A program made the position numbers and the translations under genes. Below are positions 41,701 to 53,633 of a stretch of DNA of 64,000 bases, piece by piece. Every line of letters starts with the position of its first letter. Positions within the stretch are counted from its first letter, which is position 1. Source of the DNA: Phoronis australis (lineage: Eukaryota > Animalia > Phoronida); contig NMRA01000311.1 in assembly GCA_002633005.1 (NCBI GenBank), positions 135,839 through 199,838 of the forward strand, in the 5' to 3' direction. Under the pieces are notes generated by a model. That model ran no database searches. It was not told where the DNA came from and was given only the letters and a program-made list of their open reading frames with translations.

Positions 41701-43731
41701 ACTGCGATATTCAGAAATTAAAGGTTACGGTCACACGACTGTGTAGTTTTGTTGAATTTTGAAAAAAAAAATATTATAAACTAATTCGTAGAGTTTGCAC
41801 CAATAAGACTTAAAAACCGGGTCCTTTTGTAGACCATTAAATCCGAATAAGGCATGTTTTCGTATGAAATATGTTTTGAAAACGTCACCCTCTTCAGCCG
41901 CTCAATCCGTGGTCACTCACGTCAGTATCCCCGGGATTCAAATCAAATACTATGTCCGTCGACAGGAAGTATGAATAATAGGCCCTCATGGAAGTATTGT
42001 AGGTGAGCAATTAACACCACCTGTACGTATGCAGGTGAAAACTTCGTGGGTGCTTGGTGAGAAAATGATGCCATCGGTGAATAGACATCTATGCACTGAA
42101 AAATGGCGATTTGGGTGTTTTGGGACATCAAACTGATGCAGGTGGTGACTAGGACAGAGTAAGGCGATACCGCAGGATCTCGATATTGTGACAGAATTAA
42201 GCACATTGTTTGACAAATCACACGACTCCTTGGTTTTTATGGTGTTGTTTTTGTTTTGAACAATGGAATCTGTGCGGCGGGTTGTCGCTGCATAGTCGAT
42301 GTACAGCCTCGCCGCACACATTTTTGTTTTTTTTTGTTCACCAGGATTTTGCACAGGACTGCCTGAAGCATAGCCAGTTTCGCAAAAATTATTGAATTCG
42401 CAAAAAGTCAAATTTACAAAAATGCTAAATGCAAGAACATGTCTAAATTATGGAGGGTAACCTGTTCATGAATGGCCGGAGGGAACTGAGAGCGAGGGAA
42501 TGTTCACTAACCTTCAAATCTTTCATTAAGGAAATCTCAATTGTCATATACTTAATCAGCAGCAACGATGTATGAAATATACTTATTACAACTCCAGCGT
42601 GTCAATTTGGTTTTATCTAATAAATCTATCGGCAATTAGAAACCAAATAGACATCGCCAACCTCGCTGTATTATCACACAAATGTATAAAATCAGGTTGA
42701 ACCATGCAATGCGTAATCGTGTTATGTACAGTCTCGGTGATCGAACGAACACGTATAATTTTCTATGCCAATAAAGAGCTGATGCGACAGCGAGTGACAG
42801 GTTACGTCATTCCTTCAATCTTATGATACAGTCTGATTTATTGACTGTTAGCCTGTTAGTGACGAGTGCATTACTGCGCAGTGTCTAAATCGTGAAGTGC
42901 TAACAGTTATTTTGCGGTCATTCTCTTCATATTCATCTAATGAACAAACTCAGAGTTGCGGTCATTGGCTTTACTTCCTGCGCAATTCTGCTGCGAGAAA
43001 TTGGTTTTTAATTTTTGTTCAACGTTCTCTTGAAGCCGCCACAAACCACGTCGATGTTAAAAAATCAACTGTCTTCACACGTGTATTCGCCCTTCCGAAG
43101 CAGCGTCAAGGCGTTCTTATACTATCCTTGAATGAAAATTGATTAAACTAAATCGTCTAAAATTCCTCAGGCACTCACGCTGCCTAAGACTAACCTGCCG
43201 TGACAAGTAACCCAATGAGATTGGTCTGAAAACAATGACAACGAGGCATTTTTTTCCAGCCAAGAAATAAGTTATTTTTTAACCTCAGTCAGGAACCATA
43301 CGAATACCGATTTTTACAACAATTAGTGGCTTAAGTTAAATGTTGGTTTTGATAGAAGGTGTGATTTTATTGCCTTTTGAATTAGTTTCGATGCAATTCG
43401 TTTTGATAACCGGAACAGGTAACTCATTTTTCGCACGTAGTTCACCTGGACGTCTTCGATCGTCATTTTGCATTGCAATTATTACTTTTGACGAATGCAC
43501 TATGGGCCGCTACAAAATTCTTAAGGTTTTACTTGGCCAAACGAAGGCGTTCAAAGTGAAGCAGAAATGTAAAGTTTGTGTATTCGAGTAACTTAGAAAA
43601 CTAATAAAACTTACAACGACATAATATAAGGCGTCCATCTTGGCAGTATCACAATGATTAAGATGATGATTAGATGCATTGAACTTACAGCGAGAAGAAA
43701 ACAAAATATAGGACTCAGTTCAACTTGAACA

Positions 43732-43737
43732 TTTATT
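43732..43737 (-). terminator. Putative snail polyadenylation signal
   Basis: AATAAA on the minus strand about 455 nt after the stop codon, followed by a T/GT-rich tract. Confidence 0.5.
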
Positions 43738-44191
43738 TTAAAGTAAATTATTAAAGCACAAAATAAATTTCATGCTGGTAACGAGACAGAATATATGGTA
43801 TCTCACTTTCAATGACAATACGTTATCAAATCCACTCCGTTCAAAATACTTGACAAATTAAAATCAGGTAAAATAGTCGTCAGTTTTGTAACTAAAACTA
43901 AAATCTGAGGTCATAATGGACCAGGGTCAGTACTGCTATTTAGAGACCCAAGCCTGTCCGTTTGGTTATCTGATAGAAGCTTCTCCAAACCAATAATGTA
44001 CCATAGCATTGAAAGCGGCTACCATAGGTAGTTAGATCAAATAGTTTTAAAGTTCAACCAATCAATAAAAACAAAACTAAAACACAATCAATAAACTCTT
44101 CAAAAATAAAAAGTCGTGGATGAAACTTTTCTGTTTAACACAATTAAATGAAAATTTGCGCCAACCATGTTCTATACAATTATTGTCCAAG

Positions 44192-45199
44192 TCATACAAC
44201 CAGATGTCCCGAGCACCCGCCATCTTCATGTTTCAGTAGTAGTGACATGCGTGAGAAGGTTTTACTGCAAGCTTTGCAGCTGTATTTTTTAATGTCCGAG
44301 TGCGTTTGCAAGTGGGCACGAAGATTTGAACGGTCGGCGAACGCCCGACCGCAATGTTCACATTTAAATGGCTTCTCACCAGTGTGCGTGCGAATATGTC
44401 CTTGCAGTAGCCAAGGCCTCGAGAAAGCTTTTCCACACAATTTACATTTGCACGGTAGCGTGTGTGTGCGAATATGCATTTTTAACGCGCCTAAACTCAC
44501 ATAGGTCTTCTCACAGTATTTGCAGTTGAACTGTTTTTTAACTTGCGAGATGCAATGAAACTGCTTGTGTTTGGAAAGTCCGCTAAAAGTGGAGTAACTC
44601 TTGTTACATCCTTCGCACTGATATCTGGGCGGATCGCCGGGACGGCCTTTTGGACTGAACTTCGTATCGGCCAAGATACTTTCAATACTCCACGGCAGTT
44701 TAGGCTTCGTCTCCGAGTCGCTGCCTGGAGACTTGTTCGCCTCCCTGCGTTCACTGTGGAGATGGTGAGGTGAAAACGGCGACCGAAGTTCTTGAGGACT
44801 GGGCAGCGAGTGACTTGACGGAGATCGAGACGACATTGGCACGAAAGACGGTGGTGATAAATAAGGTGACTTGTAGCTAGCAAGAATATGCGGGGCTAGA
44901 CTGTCCGGGGATAAGCTATGTAGTTGATGTTGCCAAGGAAAGCCGAGAGACAGGAAAGGAGAGTGCTGGAACGGTGCTAAGCTTCCGGGCCAGAAATGAT
45001 GGAAATCGGCCATCTTCAGTAGCTCTGCGTGATGATCTTTAACGAGAGGGTGGAACGCGGGCTCGGGACTCCGGTTCTTGAAGGCGTCGAGACCCCGCTG
45101 AGACAGCTCGGCGTGAGCAAGCATCGCCGGTTCAGGGCTGCAGTTCTTCAGCAAGAAATCAGAGTGAGCCAACATCGCTGACGTCGTAGGAGACAAAAT
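44192..45199 (-). CDS. snail: Snail-family C2H2 zinc-finger transcription factor, exon 2 (335 aa plus stop)
   Basis: Acceptor tgttttccag|ATTTTG. A Ser/Pro/His-rich region is followed by five fingers with Snail/Slug signatures ([86 protein letters not shown]). The first 25 aa of the supplied ORF 44192..45274 are intronic. Confidence 0.97.
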   Translation of the reverse strand: MLSPTTSAMLAHSDFLLKNCSPEPAMLAHAELSQRGLDAFKNRSPEPAFHPLVKDHHAELLKMADFHHFWPGSLAPFQHSPFLSLGFPWQHQLHSLSPDSLAPHILASYKSPYLSPPSFVPMSSRSPSSHSLPSPQELRSPFSPHHLHSERREANKSPGSDSETKPKLPWSIESILADTKFSPKGRPGDPPRYQCEGCNKSYSTFSGLSKHKQFHCISQVKKQFNCKYCEKTYVSLGALKMHIRTHTLPCKCKLCGKAFSRPWLLQGHIRTHTGEKPFKCEHCGRAFADRSNLRAHLQTHSDIKKYSCKACSKTFSRMSLLLKHEDGGCSGHLVV

Positions 45200-45448
45200 C
45201 TGGAAAACAGAGACAAAACATTGGATAACTTTTTCGCGTCTACATCCACACATATATAAGAATTCATCACTCAAAACATTTGGTATGTCGTGATAATCAG
45301 AATTGATTTTTTAATGAATAGTGCCAAAAATACCGACTGCCCAATCTAAACATATTTTTATTGTTTAGTAAATTAAAAATTAACATTGGAAAACAAGAAA
45401 CCGAGCACGGGAAAATCTAGTGATACATTATACGTGTGCAGTACTTAC

Positions 45449-45451
45449 CAT
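45449..45451 (-). CDS. snail: Snail-family zinc-finger gene, coding part of exon 1 (start codon only)
   Basis: Minus strand reads ...TAG GAT ACA ATG|gtaagt. A perfect donor follows the ATG, and an in-frame TAG lies three codons upstream. Phase 0 joins the exon-2 acceptor; the intron is 45200-45448. Confidence 0.75.
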
Positions 45452-45574
45452 TGTATCCTAAACTCTTGTTCTTCCGGCAAACAGTCGCCACTCAACTTTG
45501 ATGAACTTTTCCAACTCCTTTCAAGATTCAAATGTTGCACAGTAGACAGATGTTTTACGAGCGGTGACCACTAG

Positions 45575-45770
45575 ACCGAGTGTGACTAGGAGGTTGGCTT
45601 TCAACTTCTTAAAACCTCGCCAGGTGTAATTCTAAGGAGAGCACGTGTTAATGACCAATCAGAAGAATAGGCGAGAAGCAAACCACGCCTCCTAGCCAAT
45701 CAGGAAGACAGCGACGCTTGAGTGAAATCTAACACTGGTAGCGAGTATAATAGGCAAAACAGGTGTTTCA
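45575..45770 (-). promoter_or_regulatory. Putative snail core promoter
   Basis: TATA-like TTTTAAGAA on the minus strand near 45606-45614; two CCAATCAG boxes near 45656 and 45697; E-boxes CAGGTG at 45621 and 45760 and CACGTG at 45642; CpG-rich context. Confidence 0.55.
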
Positions 45771-48535
45771 CACTAAGCAATCCGTTTAGCTACTCATTTG
45801 GAAAGTCACCTATTATACAGATTATGAGGGCCTGTGCCAAAGCTGCAATGGGAATGGGCGGGCCATACAAGTATGTGAACCGGCACTAGCATTATTAGGA
45901 TTATAGAGTGACTGTCGTCGACGGGTCTCGTACACCTACAAGTCCTATTCAGTCATGTATCAACAGGGCGGATTACTCGCGGGGATAATACCAGATTTCC
46001 CAGTGTTTTTCATGCGGTACTCGAGCAAATAACATAACTAGTCACGATGTGCAAAATCCCACAGTAATACAACAGACACCTGACGGTCACCCGGGACGTT
46101 CCATTGTCTTGTTGCATACTTGCACGCATTAACCCCGGTTATGACTCGGACCTGCTCGTCGCGGGGAGGACAAACTTTAGTTATGTTTGAAAGCATTCCC
46201 AGAAATACTGAATGAGATAATACGACGAATAAACTGCCACGGTCAATTCGTTAAATAATTAAAGACAGCGAAAAATACATTGAGATGCCACAATACAAAT
46301 ATTCAGTAAGAAAGTTTGACACTAAACTGTGTTTAGTAATATAAGGGATACAATTGGTGACGAGAAGCTTCGAAATATCACGCCATCGTAAATCGCACAA
46401 ATCACGTTACGTAAATGCCACTTTCTCATCGTATTCTATCTTGACCATAGTTTCAAGTATAAATTGCAACATTTGCCTGCATTTTGCGAAGTTGCAAAAA
46501 TTGTTGCGTACGAGTTGATCTTCCAAAACTAAGCCATTTCCATATAAAAAGACTTTATAGGAAAAAACTTTCACTGAAAGTATTGTTGCTATCTTTCAAT
46601 CAAGAATTTCAACCCAAAATGACGCAAGAAGTTTATTGCTTTTAAACTTATGCACAATAACGTAAAACCCATTATTCAATAAAAAGCCTCCACAAGACTC
46701 CGTTATTTCCGAGGTAATACGGCAAATTGTCAGTGTTAAACAACTCGATATTGAGAACATGGTATAAACTCACTCCGAAAGAAAACTGTCGATTTCCAGT
46801 CGCCCGAGGTCGCTTAAGCACCGCATAACGGCTGTTGCATTAAATTACACCCGACACGTAACACGCGGTCAGGCAGATGCGGCTAATTACAATCACCAAA
46901 TTAACACGGGAAACTGTCGATTTCCACAAAAAATCTCCACTCGCCAACCAAAAACAGAATAAGTAGCATTTTTGATATGGAGTATCCACACACAATACAA
47001 ACCAAACTGAAACAATGATTCTAGTCGATGCGATATATTGAAACTTCACTATTTTCGAGATTTTAATAAAAAATATTTTCTATTATGTCGACTGTGTGAA
47101 TGATGTTTACCGTCTAATTTTTTGCATTAGTGCTGAAATTGTGTTCCGTGTACTCTTATCCGAGTCTAGATAGCTACATCCACAGTTACGTTCTGTAAAC
47201 TCAAGAATCTCGTGGAAACGCAAAATCTCTCGCAAGTCCTCGCAAGATGTCGCCTGGATTGCCAGAGGACCCGCGACCACACTCTGGGTTATATCGAATG
47301 TTTTGGTTCTACGCGTAAAGCGAATTAGATACAAAACAACCGATATATTTGCGCATTCTGTGCTTCCTGTTTTGCTTGTGAGCTTCTGGATACTACCAAT
47401 TTTTTCATGAGAACTAAAATGATCAAAAGTGCTGTGGCGTACACATAATAAGACACGCATCTGTATGCGGCGCATCTGTAGGCGGCCCGTTTTTATCAAA
47501 GGTTGCAAGCCCGATTTTAGCTAAGACGTACATAATTTTCATCTTCATTTGAACACAGTCATTTAAGGTGGCTCGTGAAGGCAGTTGTGAAGTGTGAATA
47601 TGAATAATTATCAACCAAAAGTCAGCTGCAACGTTTCGCTCTTATAAATAAACGCATCGTTGCGTTCGCAATGTGCTTGCAAACCGTCTTACTTACGACC
47701 GGTCCTACGACCCTTGATAAAACCGGTCCCTGGCCTGGTATAAATACCACTTTAGAACATCTATTGAGCACTAATGTCACCAAGAAGAGTTTGTAAATTA
47801 CCGCTCCTTAAGTATGCGACTTCTTTCCATCATTTATCGATTAAAATGAAAAGCGTCATTCAGCAAAAATTTGAAAAGGAACTGAATTTCCTTTTGAAAA
47901 AAAATTATTTTGAAAAAAATACTATCGCCCTGAAAGAGCATTATTTGGGAATAGCTCATTGCTTACTAATCCCTTCCAATACCCACTGGCGGTTCTAGGA
48001 CCAGCACAAAATGTCTGCAAAAGCTCTAATAACAGAATACCAAAGGTATATTTCTTAGTGGTGCCCCCTAGAGTGGATCCACTAAATCTGCCTATAATGA
48101 CATCTTCTTGTTCACTACAAGGCATGAAAATGTAATGTTATTTTTTCTCAAGACCAAGCAATTTTTAACAGGGACAGCTCTTCCAAACTGCTAAATACAG
48201 AAATTTAAATTTGCTGAGGAATTGATACAAGAAAACTAGTTTACCTGATCATTTAATCATTTACTTCAAACAGTAAAATCCTTGAATCTCTGCATGAGTT
48301 GGTGGTACTCTGAATTTAAAGGAGATCAAATTGACTTTATGACCTTTTATTTACAACACATGTACAAATTAAATACATTTTACTCAATCCACAAGTGAAA
48401 ATTACACTTTTCATCAATTACTCATATACAAAAATGCAGGTTAAACCCTCCATGAGAAATGGCACCTTGAAGGTTATCAACTTGTGCTGCCACCTATAGT
48501 CAATGGATGTAGTTACCCAATCACGAATTCATTCC

Positions 48536-48585
48536 TCAATACAGCTTCAGATGACCTGTAACTTGATCTATCAGACTAGCTGGAG
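48536..48585 (-). CDS. PTRH2: PTRH2 exon 5 (terminal)
   Basis: gtttcag|(A)PASLIDQVTGHLKLY-stop, the canonical PTH2 C-terminus. Total CDS is 501 nt (166 aa). AATAAA on the minus strand at 48346-48351. Confidence 0.95.
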
Positions 48586-49115
48586 CTGAAACACAAAACA
48601 AATATCACTATTTTAAAGATGTCTGATACCTGAACTTAAACAAGCACTGCACATTTAATATAAAAGGTTCTAGCCTTTTATGAACAATATCCAATCTCCT
48701 TTCTTGAAAATCCATACCTGCAAAGAATCTGAGTCTGATTCCTCTAAGCCATGGACAATAAAATAATGGCGCACAAGTTTTGTGGAAGTCTGTCGTTGCA
48801 CTGGACAAACTTGAATAGCCAGAATGAAAGAAAACAAAGTTATGTAAGACCCTTGAAAAATATCCAAATTTGGCTAATTTTCAACGCAGAAATGGCAAAT
48901 GAGATCCACATGAAACTTTCGCATACTATGTTTTAAGCAATATTTCCCAAAACACTGTTAAGAGTTGTCTTGGAAAGCAGTGCTATCTCTGAAGAGGCCA
49001 CCCTCATTTTAAATATCACAATAATAAATAAATAAATAAAATGTTCCACTTTTGCATGAGTGGCTATCAAAAATAAGATTGTGAAAATATAAACATGAAC
49101 GAAAATCGTAGGAAT

Positions 49116-49235
49116 ATATCCCTGCCCTCTCAACATATCTCTGCACCCTCAACATATCCCTGCCCCCTCAACATATCCCTGCCCCCTCAACATATCCCTG
49201 CACCCTCAACATATCCCTGCCCCCTTAATATATCC
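49116..49235. repeat. 18-19-bp tandem repeat x ~6
   Basis: Unit atatccctgccccctcaac. Confidence 0.9.
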
Positions 49236-49369
49236 CAACTCCTTAATAAATGAAAAACAAAATCTCAACGGATTTGGCAAAACATAAAAGGTTGATTTTT
49301 ACTCTAGTGGAAATCTACCGAGAAAAGGAAAGGTCTCATTTTTGTATGCTTTTCTTTTACAGAGTTTTA

Positions 49370-51706
49370 CAGGGCTCGACATAACGAAAATGTGAGCTGA
49401 GATTTTTGTCAGCTCGTATCAAGTCCCAAAATGCGACCTGGAATTTCCAACAAATACGAGCTGAGTTTTTACACTTCTCGGCAGATACCTGGCAAATATA
49501 AAGCAACTCTTGTTAATCCGACCGTTATTTGGCTGTTGCCAAATCCAAGTTCAAAAGAACACTAACCGAGAACAGCCCGATCCCGATGACTTGTAAGCAA
49601 GTCGCATGAACATGGGATATGTAGAATCGATCTTTGACGCGTTTCATTGGTTAACATTTTCGGCCACCTTTGCAAATTTCCGGATTCGCCAAAAAAAATT
49701 TCGTGCCACTGCATAACACGTGATAAAACGTCACAAAACAGCAGTGTTTCTACTAATTCTCAACTTACTGAACTTTCTGGTGGACAAATATGTTTATTTT
49801 TCACATAAGATGTCCTTATTACATGTATCAAATATCTACGACAATATCCCTGATATCGCACTTCGGCACTGGTCGGTCCCTTTTTAGCACGCAAGTGGTT
49901 CCGGTGACTTAGAGATGTGCGTCTCGTTTTTATCGCATAAGACAGCCAAAGTGAAAATGGTAACCCTATTAATTGCCTTTACTTTCAGTTGCCAAGACAT
50001 TCTCAAGCCTTTTACTTGTTTCTGGGGCTACGTACGCGAAGTATGATTTGTCTTTCACACGTTGTTGCCAACGTAAAGTGTAGGCCTACTCTAGCGATTC
50101 AAGTGCGTGAACTCACACGTGCGCACCACTTCAAATCTTATATAAAAAGGAGAACAGCGACAGTCCTAACTGAAAGAGTATATCAGCTTGGCTCTGTTAA
50201 GCACCCGGGTACGTGCCAGTGGTTTATTTGAAGATTAACTCATAGATTCCCGGCAGTTAAAAAAGACCCAATGCTTTATGATATTCGCCAAGGCCGATAT
50301 AACCAGAACTAATATTTTCCTGTTCCGATGTTTCCCCGAGGTCGATGTTCCCTAAACTCTGTATTCTATTCCCGTAGCCAGCTATTGCAACTAAATGGGT
50401 GCTAGATGCAAAATTGTGGTGAGCGAACTTTATATTCTTCTCTTCATACACCTCCCCCCGGCAAATTTTCGCTCCCCGAACCACTGTCGCCGTAAAATGT
50501 TCGGACTCCAATAGAAACAACCTTGTTCCGGCTGAAGGGGGTAATTAAAAACAAAATTATTCCGGGTGGCTAAAAAGGGTACAGTGTAGGTGGTAACGAT
50601 ATCCAGAAAGTCATCCCTACTTGATGGAGTTTCCCTCGCAAAATCGTATTATTATAACATTTCTTACCATTGCAGTGTTTTAATATCTTATTACCGCAAA
50701 CACCCAGGTTAACGACTATGCTCGGGCACAAGCCTACTCCCTACTTTTGAAGTGTTTCATAAAAAGCGCTCACTCATCTACTAAGAGCTCCCCCTTTGAA
50801 GTTTTGAGAATTTCCAGTTAAGCGCCCACAGTTCAGGCTAGCGCACTCCAAATGACAGCGCGTGGTTTCAAATTGACACGCAGCTTATATGGTGTGTCAA
50901 TATGTAAAAACCAAATCCCGTGTTGTTTTGTGACTGACCTATTTTTCCCGTACTTGGAAGGTATTGAGGAGCAAACTCGCCGTTAGGTGATGGAAACCCG
51001 AACGGAGGGAGTCGAGAATTATTTCGAGGCTATTCATTTCATGGAAAACTACTTGTTGAGTACGTAAACAGCATAATTACCACATTTTTGAGGTGAAATT
51101 TGCACTGAATTGTTCCCGCGCATCCAAATAGGTCATTCGGTTAAGGCATCGTTTCACAGATTTTTTTCGGCAGATGTTTTTCAAACGTCAAGTTAAGTTG
51201 CAAAATTTAGGCTGCGAACAAAAAGTTGAGGGAATTTGCACTCCGAGTTAGTTTGAATCTTTAACGACTTTGCGGACAGCCAGCAGCAGGTCGGACCTAG
51301 CAAAATCCCGGATACTTTTTCAACTGGCATTTTCTCCCTTTTCACATCGCAAACTTAGCTACTCAAATGCACATGCTGGTTAGAGAGCACTGATTCAACT
51401 TTCACATCGGCAACTTGCCTTGCGCTCTAAGGCCTTTCAATGGCGGTCGTGAAGAACAGTAACGCCGTACCTGCATGAACGAAATCAATTTTGCGATCTG
51501 AAATTTGTGAGTATTTAACGCTGCAGGTAAGAGCATAATCTAAACATTTTCTCGATGATCTAAAAAATCAATTTTGGCGCATAAAAGTGGTGGGAAAATT
51601 ATGTGACCTGGCATTTACAAATGCGAGCTGGATTTCCAAAATGCGACCTGGGATTTTGGCTAGGTCGCAAAATGCGACCTGGCGATTTTAATAGCGTGGA
51701 GGCCTG
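49370..51706. mobile_element. Non-autonomous hAT-like element (~2.3 kb) in PTRH2 intron 4
   Basis: Ends CAGGGCTCGAC / GTGGAGGCCTG (9/11 inverted match); clustered subterminal AAATGCGA(C/G)CTGG repeats at both ends; CpG-rich interior. Only TTTTA is shared by the flanks, so there is no clean 8-bp TSD. Confidence 0.7.
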
Positions 51707-51801
51707 TTTTAAAATTTCTAAATGCACAGACTTGTCAACAAGGGCAAAAGAGAATTAATTGGATTAGAATCATTTTAAAAGAGCAAAACAAATCAGCTTA
51801 C

Positions 51802-51914
51802 CTGGCCCTATTCCCAGGACTGTGGTGGATCCAGCAGCTATTTGGGTTCTTCCAGCATCACGTATCAGCGTTGTTACTAAGCCCATGTCACCTGCTTTCT
51901 TTGATAAGTCTATT
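51802..51914 (-). CDS. PTRH2: PTRH2 exon 4
   Basis: atttag|(L)[37 protein letters not shown]|gtaagc; contains the conserved DAGRTQ motif; 113 nt. Confidence 0.95.
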
Positions 51915-52370
51915 CTAAATTACACAAGGAAATAAAATGGACTATCTTCTAAGTATATCTATTAAAAAGAAACAGGAACCTGGTGTGGAATCCGAAACGA
52001 TTCCACTGTCACTTCTAGATTACAAAAACAGTGCCCTCCCAGTCTCGGACCAACAAACACCAAACCTACGATGCAAGTTTCATATAACTGCTCCAAAACT
52101 TCACGCACATAGCAAGAATACTCCATACCCGAAGACCAGATTCCTCAACTAGACCAAAGATCCTTGTCAAGAGTTTGGACCCTGGGAATGGAATATTTTT
52201 GATGCCTGCATGAAGTTTGTACCACAGGTTTGGTATTTGCTGGTCCAGGACTGGGGTTCAGAGGATCAAACATGGAATTTAGAGGCACAGCCATTAAATC
52301 TTTGCCACCACCCGAAGAAAGAAAAGTAATCATGATGATCTACGGTACAGGATCAAGGATCAATCTGAAT

Positions 52371-52622
52371 CAAGGCACCCAAATATTTGTGCGCACAATC
52401 AAGTACACGAGTACACAAACTTGCACTTTTGAGTATGCAGTCCAAACCAACGGATTTGAGCGAGAAAACTTGTTTGTATGCTCAAGTTAGTGTGCTCGAA
52501 AAATGATCTAAACACTCAAACCTGTAGTTGGTAAACTCTAAATTTTATACTGTACGCTCGTATTTTTGGACTACACACTTGCAAGTGCAGGTTCGTGCAC
52601 CAGTAAATGTTTGTGAGCTTTG
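52371..52622. mobile_element. Degenerate MITE-like inverted repeat in PTRH2 intron 3
   Basis: caaggcacccaaatattt...cacaaacttgcacttttgagtatgcagtccaaa pairs imperfectly with the reverse complement of 52565-52622. Confidence 0.4.
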
Positions 52623-52725
52623 TGAATGAAAACAGCTTACACTACAATAAACAAATCAGAGGAGTCCTTCCCCAGCTATGTGGATTCACCCTTACAGTAG
52701 CCATTGTACAAGACTTCCAACTCAC

Positions 52726-52847
52726 AGTGATTCCTCTGTGTCAGCCTTCAAGCACACTTTAGCTTGGCCAATATTTTCCCATGTCCTGAGAGTAGGCATG
52801 TTGTACCGTTGAGATTTTCTATAAAGACCTACAGCTGCATGACAGCA
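52726..52847 (-). CDS. PTRH2: PTRH2 exon 3
   Basis: ctttcag|CCHAAVGLYRKSQRYNMPTLRTWENIGQAKVCLKADTEES(L)|gtgagt; 122 nt, ends in phase 2. Confidence 0.95.
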
Positions 52848-53446
52848 CTGAAAGACAGAACAGACTTGACTTACTTAGGCACAGAATTTGACTTTTTTTT
52901 CCGTAATGCTGAAAGGAGACATAAAAATTTCCTCAGTTCTTGCTATCAACAAGACAAAAAGAAACCAAGCATAGGCATATCAACTACTCATCTTTTTTGA
53001 TGTTTTTTATTTAATTTCAATTCAATAAATAAGCATTTGAGAGTTTAAAACCATTACAAAAGGATTTCGGTGAAAAAACATAATGCAATTTCACCATGAT
53101 AGTCCACCGTGAATAGCCAGCTCACCTTATCTCAATGGTTAAAAATCAAGTGTGCAAGTTTCATGCCTGTATACATTAATGTTGCGTAAGAACCTCTAGT
53201 CTGTACATTTAGCCAAATATCTGTATACTAGCTAATTTCACAAAAAGTATGCACTTTATGAAAATGCAATTTCCGTAGAATTTGATCTTTGACTTTATAC
53301 CAAATCTGCCGTTAATTAGATAATGTGATCTTGACCTTGCTTTTTAGGAAAATTTAGAGATTGCATCAGGGCCATTCTGCGTTGTCTACGAAAGGGGACT
53401 TCACACAAACTCCCAACAAATGGGTTCATTTTTATTGCGCTTTCTT

Positions 53447-53548
53447 TCTGAAGGGTTGGGGGTTCATCTCACCATCTCTCTGAAGGGTTGGGGGTTCATC
53501 TCACCATCTCTCTGAAGGGGTGAGGGTTCATCTCACCATCTCTCTGAA
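53447..53548. repeat. 32-bp tandem repeat x3
   Basis: Unit tctgaagggttgggggttcatctcaccatctc. Confidence 0.93.
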
Positions 53549-53633
53549 TGGGAGGGTATCCTAATTTCCCAGCGGCACATCCCGTCAGAAATGTAGTTGA
53601 CACATGTCAATCACTTTGATTGACAGTTCTCAC

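Noticed and set aside
44148-44883. Overlapping antisense and alternate-frame ORFs over snail
   Set aside because: Shadows of the GC-richer zinc-finger coding sequence, with no recognisable domains.
45200-45274. N-terminal 25 aa of the 360-aa snail ORF (MSDEFLY...)
   Set aside because: It lies in the intron: it starts at a non-ATG codon and ends in a polypyrimidine tract plus CAG acceptor.
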